Numbered from the stretch's first letter, positions 16,551 to 24,218 are shown. The stretch is 32,000 nt of DNA from Erysipelothrix inopinata (GCF_014396165.1 NZ_CP060715.1:990001-1022000); one strand, 5' to 3'. Numbers and translations: made by a program. The notes: generated by a model not told the origin, from the sequence alone.

Positions 16551-17684
16551 ATGGGAAATGAACAAACTTGTTGGGAAATTCTAGGTATAGACAAAACTTA
16601 TGATACCAAGTTAATAAAAAGAGCTTACGCAACACAAGCTGCACTTGTTCATCCAGAGGAAGATGCTACTAAATTTATAATTTTACGTCGAGCGTATGAA
16701 CAGGCAATGGCAATATCTAGAGCGATGAATTCAATTCAAAATGATTATGACGAAAATAGTTATGTTTTAGAATCAAACATAACTAAATATTTGAATACCA
16801 GTACAGTCGATGGAGAAATAAGAAGTAGTAAATTTAATTTTGATAGTTTTGAAGAAATTAAAGATCAAAATCTGCAAACCAAACTAAATCTATTCTATAT
16901 CGATGCCTTTTTTAAAAGTATTAAAGTAAAAAGAAAAGTATCTATAAGCACAATCTGTAATCAACCTGAATTTTCGGATATATTAAGTGATCGTGATGCG
17001 ACAATTTATCTCTTAAATAATATATATTCCTATTTAAGAAGTATAAATGCCACCAATTCTGAACAAGCAGAACAGGTAATGAGAACAATAAGCAACTTTT
17101 GGTATTACGATGTTGAAATCGACGACAAAATATTTGGTATAATTAAAGAATTTCCAAAAGAACATGTTTATATAAATAAATATATAAAAATATTTATTAC
17201 TGCCGTAGTGTCATTACTGATAGCGGTTTTTAGCCTTATCGGCAGTTCTTTAATTCCAGAAAAACAGCATAAACTCAAGAACGAATTTGAACTATCGTAT
17301 AGTGTAAAACAAAATGTATTTAACGTTCAGTTTCCATACGATCATGGTATAGAGAGCTTTAATTTTATATTTGAAGATTATGAGACAGTCAATGTTCAGT
17401 TCTCAAATGTAGTAGGAGACGAAATAACAACTGATATAGAAACTTTTAAAAGAAATAATAATGAAAGAATTATTTACGAGCCGGATAAATGGGTTGTTGG
17501 AGTGTATGCTGATTTTAAGTATATGTCTGGTCGAAGTGGTCGGTATTTTATTCTAAGTGTTGGTCAATCAGAAGTCTTATACACGGTAGTTAGCAAAGAG
17601 GAGTTTGATGAAATCGTGGAAAATCCTTTAAAGTATAACGAAATAGAGACATTGATGTCAAAAACGACTCCAAGATATAAATAA
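16551..17684 (+). CDS. Membrane-anchored J-domain-like protein (J1) with HPE motif, shared central domain, one TM helix and ~140-aa extracytoplasmic C-terminal domain
   Basis: GGAAGG RBS. CWEILGIDKTYDTKLIKRAYATQAALVHPEEDATKFIILRRAYEQA resembles J-domain helices I-III, with HPE at 16650-16658. The TM helix IFITAVVSLLIAVFSLIGSSLI spans about 17190-17255. A beta-rich C-terminal domain follows. Confidence 0.7.
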   Translation: MGNEQTCWEILGIDKTYDTKLIKRAYATQAALVHPEEDATKFIILRRAYEQAMAISRAMNSIQNDYDENSYVLESNITKYLNTSTVDGEIRSSKFNFDSFEEIKDQNLQTKLNLFYIDAFFKSIKVKRKVSISTICNQPEFSDILSDRDATIYLLNNIYSYLRSINATNSEQAEQVMRTISNFWYYDVEIDDKIFGIIKEFPKEHVYINKYIKIFITAVVSLLIAVFSLIGSSLIPEKQHKLKNEFELSYSVKQNVFNVQFPYDHGIESFNFIFEDYETVNVQFSNVVGDEITTDIETFKRNNNERIIYEPDKWVVGVYADFKYMSGRSGRYFILSVGQSEVLYTVVSKEEFDEIVENPLKYNEIETLMSKTTPRYK

Positions 17685-17755
17685 AATAAAGTAAAAGCAA
17701 ATTCAAAATTAAGAGCTAAAAAAATTGAATTGATATAGATAGGTGGGAAAAAGAT

Positions 17756-19450
17756 ATGAGAGTTGCAATAGATTTAGGAACTACAAATAGCTTAGTTACA
17801 ATGAGAAATAATGGGAAAACTGAAATTATACCGAACCAATTTGGGAAACTTGTTACACCAAGCGTTGTCTATTCTAGGAAGAATAAAGTTTACGTCGGTG
17901 AGCTGGCACATCAACATGAGCTTGAAGATCCAGCTAATACATTTCGTGTTTTCAAAAGATCAATGGGAAAAAGCGATGAATTTGGTAGTGACAAACTAAA
18001 TGCGATAGACCTTTCCAGTTTGATTATTAAACAATTAATCAATGATGCAGAGTCGTATACAGGTGAAGTAGTTGATGAGGTTGTAGTTTCTGTTCCCGCA
18101 TATTTTACGGATTCACAAAGACAGGCAACGCGACAAAGCGCACTTCGTTGCGGTGTAGAATGTAATAGAATAATAAATGAACCTTCTGCTGCTGCGCTAG
18201 CATATTATGCAGAAACAAAGCAAGAAGGAATGGTTCTGGTATTCGATTTTGGTGGTGGAACCTTAGATGTAACAGTTGTAGATATTTTTGATAATATCGT
18301 AGACATTGTATCAATTTCAGGTGACAACAACTTGGGAGGTCATGATATAGATTTAATTATCAATGATGCGGTGTTAGAACAACATCCTGAGCTTAGCAAA
18401 ATTAGTTTAGAGCAGCGAAAAGTACTTGATAAAAAACTGGAAGATATGAAAATATCCCTGTCAGAGAATGAAGAGGCTAAAAACTCAATCAATATCGATG
18501 GACAAGAATATGAATTATCGATAACTCAAAAAGATTTAATCAATCGCAGCCATAGTATTCTTTTAAAAATCAGGGGTGTTGTCTCACGAGCATTAACAGA
18601 TGCGGGAATAAAATCAAGTGATATTGATGATGTCGTTTGCGTAGGTGGCTCATGTAAATCGATAATTATTCAAGAGTATTTACGAGAACTTATGAAACAA
18701 AACATTAATATTAAAGTCAATCCTGATGAAGCTATCGTAGTAGGCCTCGGTATGATGCTAGCCATAATGGATCGTGAAATTGAATACAAAGATATTGTTC
18801 TTACAGATGTATGTCCCTTCAGTTTAGGAGTACAAATGATCAATGATGTTTACTCTCCAATAATACGTAGAAACACTACATTACCTACTTCAAAAACGAA
18901 CTACTATGTGACAGTAGGTGATAATCAAATGTATATAAACTTTAGTGTTTATCAAGGAGAATCGGTTATGGCAAGTGTCAACAAATTGTTGATGAGCACG
19001 GATATTAAAGTTAATAGAAAACCTAAAGGTGAAGCAGGTGCGTATGTTACATTTTCTTATGATATTAATGGTATTTTGAAAGTCGAAATAAAAGGCGATG
19101 ATGTAAAACAAGAGTATCAAAATGAAATATTAACCAATACTCTTATTCCGAAAAAAGAGATTGAAAAAGCTCAAGCGCTAATAAGAAATCTAGATGTTCA
19201 AAAAAGTATGGGAAGAGAGGAACTTTTAAACGCTCGTTTTGGAAGACTATCCTATGAAATATCTGCCTCACAATCTCAACAATTACAAGCTTTATATTTA
19301 AATTACCAAGAAGAAAAACAAAATTTATCAAAAGGGGAAATGATTTTATTAATTAATAAGGTTAATAGTAGTCTTGATTATTTAGAGAAAACAGCCGATA
19401 ATCCTTTTGATAATCCTAAATTTGAAAGTTCAAACAATAAGTATAATTAA
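17756..19450 (+). CDS. Atypical Hsp70 family ATPase, HscC-like (not the housekeeping DnaK)
   Basis: 564 aa with AGGTGGG RBS. Actin-fold and Hsp70 motifs are IDLGTTNS, VVSVPAYFTDSQRQATRQSA, RIINEPSAAALAY, LVFDFGGGTLDVTVV, GDNNLGGHDIDL, VCVGGSCKS and NPDEAIVVGLG. The SBD entry is IVLTDVCPFSLGV. YSPIIRRNTTLPTSK and FSYDINGILKVEI match my recollection of E. coli HscC better than DnaK. No grpE, dnaJ or hrcA gene is nearby. Confidence 0.88.
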   Translation: MRVAIDLGTTNSLVTMRNNGKTEIIPNQFGKLVTPSVVYSRKNKVYVGELAHQHELEDPANTFRVFKRSMGKSDEFGSDKLNAIDLSSLIIKQLINDAESYTGEVVDEVVVSVPAYFTDSQRQATRQSALRCGVECNRIINEPSAAALAYYAETKQEGMVLVFDFGGGTLDVTVVDIFDNIVDIVSISGDNNLGGHDIDLIINDAVLEQHPELSKISLEQRKVLDKKLEDMKISLSENEEAKNSINIDGQEYELSITQKDLINRSHSILLKIRGVVSRALTDAGIKSSDIDDVVCVGGSCKSIIIQEYLRELMKQNINIKVNPDEAIVVGLGMMLAIMDREIEYKDIVLTDVCPFSLGVQMINDVYSPIIRRNTTLPTSKTNYYVTVGDNQMYINFSVYQGESVMASVNKLLMSTDIKVNRKPKGEAGAYVTFSYDINGILKVEIKGDDVKQEYQNEILTNTLIPKKEIEKAQALIRNLDVQKSMGREELLNARFGRLSYEISASQSQQLQALYLNYQEEKQNLSKGEMILLINKVNSSLDYLEKTADNPFDNPKFESSNNKYN

Positions 19451-19458
19451 GATAAAAG

Positions 19459-20172
19459 ATGACAGATAAATTTATAACATGTTGGGACATTCTTGAAATT
19501 AAGCCTACTTTGGATGTTAAGATAATCAAAAAAGCATACTCTGCTAAGGCAATTCTGAGCCATCCTGAAGAAAATTGCGAAAGATTTATAGAACTTCGCA
19601 GGGCATATGAAGAAGCAATCTTGTTTTCTAAAATCAACTCCCTTCCTTTCGAGAATGATTCTAACGTTCGAGACAATTCGCACAAGACTCGTGATGATCA
19701 AAGAAAAGACAAAATTTTAAATAAAAGCGAAATGTTTGATTTCAAGTTCGCAGATAACGATGACCTCTCTTCACAAGAGCATTATTTAAATAAGGTATTC
19801 ATTGAGGATTATTTTAGGAAAATTATGAAAAATCGTGATATCGCAGTAAACCAAATTATATATGAGGAAGAATTTTCACAAGTAATTGGCAATAAGAAAT
19901 CAGTGATATATTTGATAAAAAAATGTTATGTATTTCAAAAAGGAACAAATGCTAAAAACACCAAAGAAATTGGTACATTAATTCGTTTGTTAGAAAGACA
20001 ATGGTTTAGTGATAAAGAAGTAATTAGCATATTAGTAAAACTTGAAAACGATAGTAGATGGAATCAAATAGAGGAAACAGAAAACGCAGACTATGGATTG
20101 ATTTTTATTCTATTACCCTTTCTACCTCTCTTCTTATTTTTAATTTATCAAATAATTACCAATAATAATTAA
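19459..20172 (+). CDS. Tail-anchored J-domain-like protein (J2), HPE motif
   Basis: Starts 8 nt after the Hsp70 stop codon. CWDILEIKPTLDVKIIKKAYSAKAILSHPEENCERFIELRRAYEEA carries HPE at 19561-19569. It has the central domain shared with J1 and J3 (NQIIYEEEF, EIGTLIRLLERQW, DSRWN). The C-terminal TM is LIFILLPFLPLFLFLIYQII. Confidence 0.72.
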   Translation: MTDKFITCWDILEIKPTLDVKIIKKAYSAKAILSHPEENCERFIELRRAYEEAILFSKINSLPFENDSNVRDNSHKTRDDQRKDKILNKSEMFDFKFADNDDLSSQEHYLNKVFIEDYFRKIMKNRDIAVNQIIYEEEFSQVIGNKKSVIYLIKKCYVFQKGTNAKNTKEIGTLIRLLERQWFSDKEVISILVKLENDSRWNQIEETENADYGLIFILLPFLPLFLFLIYQIITNNN

Positions 20173-20262
20173 ATAGGTTAAATTCCGCTAAATAAGAGAT
20201 TAAAAATAATTACAAGATGATTACTACTAAATAAAAGCAGTAGCAATGCAAAGGAGATAGAT

Positions 20263-20967
20263 ATGGATAGATATTATTCTTGTTGGGATGTATTAGAGAT
20301 AGCACCAACTAAAGATAAGTCAGAAATAAAAAGAGCTTACGCAAAAAAGGCAAGAACTGTACATCCCGAAGAAAATCATGATGAATTTATTCAAGTACGG
20401 CAGGCCTATGAGCAAGCAATTATATTTGCAAAGATAAATTGTAAAGATTATTTCGAAGAAGAAAATATTCAGATTATTGAAGATAGTGATATGAACTACA
20501 ACTACGAAATATCAGAGAAAAATACGATGCGGAGCGAACGATTTGATTTCACAGCGGTAGAAGGTAATGACCCGAGTTTATTACAACATAATTTAAATAT
20601 TATCTTTATCGATGACTATTTTTCAAAAATATTAAAGGATAGAAGAATTGCTGCAAACCAAATAATTTACGAGTTTGAGTTCGCTGAGGTTGTTAATCAT
20701 AAGGAATCTGTTAAATATTTGCTCGAGAAATGCTATAAGTTCTTAAGGGAGATTTGGGCAACGGATGCGAATGAAATTGGAACTTTAATGCGAACATTAG
20801 AGCGTAGATGGTCCCAAGATTCTGAAGTACGAGAGCTAATAAGACAACTTGAAAAAGATAGTCGATGGAATCGAAATGAAGAGGAAGAACAAAAAAAGGG
20901 ATATGTAAGATTGGCTATCATCCTAGCTTTGCTAATTTTTATGATGGCAATTTCTTTGAATAGTTGA
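20263..20967 (+). CDS. Tail-anchored J-domain-like protein (J3), paralogue of J2, HPE motif
   Basis: AAGGAG RBS. CWDVLEIAPTKDKSEIKRAYAKKARTVHPEENHDEFIQVRQAYEQA carries HPE at 20362-20370. It has the same central domain (NQIIYEFEF, EIGTLMRTLERRW, DSRWN). The C-terminal TM is LAIILALLIFMMAISL. Confidence 0.72.
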   Translation: MDRYYSCWDVLEIAPTKDKSEIKRAYAKKARTVHPEENHDEFIQVRQAYEQAIIFAKINCKDYFEEENIQIIEDSDMNYNYEISEKNTMRSERFDFTAVEGNDPSLLQHNLNIIFIDDYFSKILKDRRIAANQIIYEFEFAEVVNHKESVKYLLEKCYKFLREIWATDANEIGTLMRTLERRWSQDSEVRELIRQLEKDSRWNRNEEEEQKKGYVRLAIILALLIFMMAISLNS

Positions 20968-21026
20968 GTAAATAACTAAGCACGTATTGAAGATTACAAA
21001 AGAATATCAAAAAGCTATAAAATAGA

Positions 21027-21566
21027 TTGCCGAAAAGGAAAAAAATGATAAAAGTAGAGAATAAAAAGAATTATAAAATAATCAATAAGAAATTAGAAGA
21101 GTCGATTGCTGCTGATGAAACATGTGTTAAAATACGAAAATTATTAAAAAAACTAGTATATTTCGTTCTTGGAGCGAGTGTTGTAATGGTGATTGTTTTA
21201 ATTGCATCAATTTTTCTTAGTGGGGTTCATTCAACAATGAAATTAAACTTACAAATCATAATCGGATTACCAGTTTCGTTTGTTATACTTGGAGCCATGT
21301 TACAGGGGATTTATCGAGAAGGAGCGAAAGCTTGTATGATTTATTTACTATTTCAAGGAGTTTACGGAATTATGGGTAGCTTGAATGTCATTCGATCAGG
21401 AAATGTATTCGTTGCCTTGATGATAGGATGGATCCTTCTTATATATTCAGTCACTCTATGTGGAATTGGTGTATTCGCATTATTAAACAAAGATGTAAAA
21501 TATTTGAATCAGTTTGTTAAGACTGAACGTAAAAGGATTGAAGAAGATATGGCTGAGGAAATATAA
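21027..21566 (+). CDS. Hypothetical 4-TM membrane protein, last gene of the Hsp70/J operon
   Basis: 179 aa from TTG 21027, or 173 aa from ATG 21045. A Lys-rich N-terminus is followed by four hydrophobic helices and an acidic tail. A strong terminator follows directly. I recognise no family. Confidence 0.6.
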   Translation: MPKRKKMIKVENKKNYKIINKKLEESIAADETCVKIRKLLKKLVYFVLGASVVMVIVLIASIFLSGVHSTMKLNLQIIIGLPVSFVILGAMLQGIYREGAKACMIYLLFQGVYGIMGSLNVIRSGNVFVALMIGWILLIYSVTLCGIGVFALLNKDVKYLNQFVKTERKRIEEDMAEEI

Positions 21567-21584
21567 ATCTTCGGCTTTAAAATA

Positions 21585-21614
21585 AAAAGATAGGATCGTA
21601 AATTCCTATCTTTT
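21585..21614. terminator. Bidirectional rho-independent terminator closing the Hsp70/J operon and the convergent oxidoreductase gene
   Basis: Perfect 11-bp arms AAAAGATAGGA (21585-21595) and TCCTATCTTTT (21604-21614) with an 8-nt loop. A-rich and T-rich tracts lie on both sides. Confidence 0.8.
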
Positions 21615-22522
21615 TATTTTATTGATTGATAAACAGCATTTACAAGTTCGTGAGTAATTCGTGTAGACTCATACTCGACGGTATCAGGTTGTTTATTGAT
21701 TTCAACTGCGTGGAGGAATGTTTCCACAACTTGTACGAATCCTCGTTTTTCTAAAGTCGTTGTCCAATCAGAAAAATGGTGGATTGTAAGGGTTCCATTT
21801 TGCTGTACTCTGAGATCTGTCATGTCTTCACAACGAGAGAAACTATCTACAGACATTACCTCAACAGATTCGCTCCGACCTCCAGAGTGCATGTTTATGG
21901 TGGCAGTACCCGTACAGTTTTCGGTATGAACTTCAAGGTGTGCGTGATCTAATATGCCATCATGAGTGACTGTTCGAACATGGTGAGAAATGATAGGCTC
22001 ATCGAGGAGATAAACTAGCGTATCAACACAATGGATCATCATATCAAAAATGGCAAACTTAGCTTCTTGGTCTGTATTTTCTCGATGTTTCTGTACCATA
22101 ATCATAGACTTATTGGAAACTTTCTTTTGTTCTTGGTAGTGAGGTGCGAAGCGTCTATTGAAACCGGTCATTAGAATGAGTTTGTTGGATTTTGCGTAAT
22201 CAAGGAGTGCATTTACTTCATCGATATTTTCACTGATTGGTTTATCTACATAGACATGTATTTTTGCTTCTAAGAATTTTTGTATTAATTCTGCATGCGT
22301 ATCAGTAGGCGTATGAATCATCACAGCATCCAATCCACAGTTAACAAGTTCATCCAAATCTGTAAATGTATTCTTGAAACCATAAGTTTTAGTAAGTGTT
22401 TCAAGTTTATCAGAGTTGCTGGAGTATAAGCACCAATCGACACGACTATTCAAATTTGAGTAGGTTGGTAAATAGGCTTTCATAGCAATATTTCCAAGAC
22501 CGATAATTCCAATTTTCAACAT
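21614..22522 (-). CDS. Gfo/Idh/MocA family NAD(P)-dependent oxidoreductase
   Basis: 302 aa with AAGGAG RBS. The N-terminal Rossmann segment is MLKIGIIGLGNIAMKAYLP. The family's EKP motif is present in variant form as YVDKPIS. Confidence 0.8.
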   Translation of the reverse strand: MLKIGIIGLGNIAMKAYLPTYSNLNSRVDWCLYSSNSDKLETLTKTYGFKNTFTDLDELVNCGLDAVMIHTPTDTHAELIQKFLEAKIHVYVDKPISENIDEVNALLDYAKSNKLILMTGFNRRFAPHYQEQKKVSNKSMIMVQKHRENTDQEAKFAIFDMMIHCVDTLVYLLDEPIISHHVRTVTHDGILDHAHLEVHTENCTGTATINMHSGGRSESVEVMSVDSFSRCEDMTDLRVQQNGTLTIHHFSDWTTTLEKRGFVQVVETFLHAVEINKQPDTVEYESTRITHELVNAVYQSIK

Positions 22523-22618
22523 TTATAATCTCCTTTTTTATTTATCATATCATAGCATTCATTCAGGTATAAAAATATAAAAGTACCAGGATCAAATTAA
22601 TCCTAGTACAATTTTTCT

Positions 22619-23575
22619 CTAGTTTTGATGTAGATTGTTTATTTCTTTTATTAGGGGATTGAACCATTCGCCGAAGCTGTCAGATTCAATCAACTCAGAT
22701 CTACTTTTAGAATTTGAACGATAACTATCGACATTCTCTTTAAATGTTTTATCAACATGGTCATTATATATTGGAGATTGATATTTTGATTGTCGATAAT
22801 ACATTTTTAAATTTGGATCCTCAATGAGATCCTTTTCATCCGCAAAATATTCGTCATAGTGTAAATCTACGATATTATTTGAATTCTTATCGTAAACAAC
22901 TTGCATGCTAGCAAAAAGTCCACCACCAACATCTTGAGTCACAGAAATCATGGTTTGATTTGATTTCTGCTTCAACTTTGGTTCAATTTGATGTAGCAAA
23001 GGGATGAAACCTTTAGAACCACTCGTTGATGAACCTTCTGGAGTCTTGAAACTGCCTGATACCGAATTTTTTTCAATAACTTGATGTTCCAGGTAAGTCA
23101 TGGTATTCACAATGGTAACAAGTGAAACGTTGGTTCGTTCATTCTGCATTTGCCAGTTTGCGTATCCGGATGTTCTTTTTGTTTGGTTTTGCCAAGCAAC
23201 TGCGAAATAATCCCAAGTAGCTCGCTCATCTAGATGTACATGAATGATTCTATCCGTGAGAGGTTCCTTAACAATTGAGAGCGTAGCAAGATAACCGCCA
23301 TTAAAATAAAGTGAATCATAGTAGAAGTCACCTTGAATAATTCCAACTGCAGGCCTTCCAGACCATTTCATTTTAGCTTCTTTCTCTTCACCAATATATA
23401 CTTGTCCATTATTTTTACCTGTAGTAGCACCAGAGACAATATCAAATTCACTCTCTTGACCATTGACTTCAAATTTTACATGCGATTTAGAATTTTCTTC
23501 AATTTTATTTTGGAAATTACTTGTACATCCACTCAGTAGTATACAAAGTAAGATAAACGGGATAAACTTCTTCAT
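22619..23575 (-). CDS. Lipoprotein of unknown function with a flavinylation-like DIVSGATT motif
   Basis: 318 aa with AGGAG RBS. The signal peptide and lipobox are MKKFIPFILLCILLSG-C. The motif D45-I-V-S-G-A-T-T52 is encoded at 23420-23443. I do not recognise the rest of the protein. Confidence 0.75.
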   Translation of the reverse strand: MKKFIPFILLCILLSGCTSNFQNKIEENSKSHVKFEVNGQESEFDIVSGATTGKNNGQVYIGEEKEAKMKWSGRPAVGIIQGDFYYDSLYFNGGYLATLSIVKEPLTDRIIHVHLDERATWDYFAVAWQNQTKRTSGYANWQMQNERTNVSLVTIVNTMTYLEHQVIEKNSVSGSFKTPEGSSTSGSKGFIPLLHQIEPKLKQKSNQTMISVTQDVGGGLFASMQVVYDKNSNNIVDLHYDEYFADEKDLIEDPNLKMYYRQSKYQSPIYNDHVDKTFKENVDSYRSNSKSRSELIESDSFGEWFNPLIKEINNLHQN

Positions 23576-23608
23576 TGCAACTCCTAACTCTTTTAAAACT
23601 ATGCGTTT

Positions 23609-23637
23609 ATATTAGAGGAGCATCTGTATTCCGTCAA
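23609..23637 (-). promoter_or_regulatory. Sigma-A type promoter for the lipoprotein gene
   Basis: On the minus strand: TTGACG (23632-23637), a 17-nt spacer, then TAATAT (23609-23614). This is about 30 nt upstream of the RBS and ATG at 23575. Confidence 0.6.
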
Positions 23638-23959
23638 ACGGATAGCATTGATTTCACAAAATGTTCATATTGTGATTTTAAAGATCAAATCAATGCGAAA
23701 TTACCTTACCGCCACTCATGAAAGAGTTTAAGATGAATTCAGAAGAAGAATAAGTGTGCCCATGATAAATGATTCACGATATCACAATGAGACTTTTACA
23801 ATTAAAAATACCACCCTCGTAGTTGAGAGTAGTATTTATTTTGTTTCCCTTAAATTATATTTTATCATACTTTAAGAATTTAGTAAGAACTAACGTATTA
23901 ATTTAAATATTATATAATATGTATATAGTAGGATGTGATGATAAAGAAAGAGGTGTCAT

Positions 23960-24157
23960 ATGAAAACCAAAACTAATTTTCAAATGTTTTTTCAGTTAAC
24001 AGGTATTTTTATTCTCATGATTAACGGGTTACTGAAATCTGCTTTCGATAACTCGAATTTTTGGGTCGTGATTTCTAACTGGATTGTCTATACTTACCTC
24101 TTCATAGCAATTTGTCTCACTATCAAATATATCCACGAAGGGAGAAAACAAAAATAA
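23960..24157 (+). CDS. Small hypothetical membrane protein (65 aa, 2 TM)
   Basis: AGAGGTG RBS 5 nt upstream of the ATG. Two hydrophobic helices are present. A strong terminator follows directly. No homology evidence. Confidence 0.45.
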   Translation: MKTKTNFQMFFQLTGIFILMINGLLKSAFDNSNFWVVISNWIVYTYLFIAICLTIKYIHEGRKQK

Positions 24158-24164
24158 AGAGTCT

Positions 24165-24218
24165 AACTGTAACGAATTGGGTTTTGTCATGATACTCTTT
24201 CGTTACAGTTTTTTTTCG
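24165..24218 (+). terminator. Rho-independent terminator
   Basis: Perfect 12-bp arms AACTGTAACGAA (24165-24176) and TTCGTTACAGTT (24199-24210), followed by a T run to 24218. Confidence 0.75.

Noticed and set aside
17811-19331. Nested or antisense ORFs inside the Hsp70 gene (17811-17999, 18105-18314, 18890-19120, 19143-19331).
   Set aside because: All lie within a CDS that has strong family motifs. They show no independent signals.
17756-19450. Calling the Hsp70 gene the housekeeping dnaK.
   Set aside because: There is no hrcA/grpE/dnaJ context. The protein is shorter (564 aa), with HscC-like SBD and lid strings. It is flanked by TM-anchored J-like genes instead of a Zn-finger DnaJ. A final decision needs a phylogeny and a check for another dnaK in the genome.
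19416-19701. Two overlapping minus-strand ORFs (89 and 84 aa) across the Hsp70/J2 junction.
   Set aside because: They are antisense to two well-supported genes. They have no RBS and a low-complexity, AT-codon-driven composition. This is typical of shadow ORFs in AT-rich DNA.
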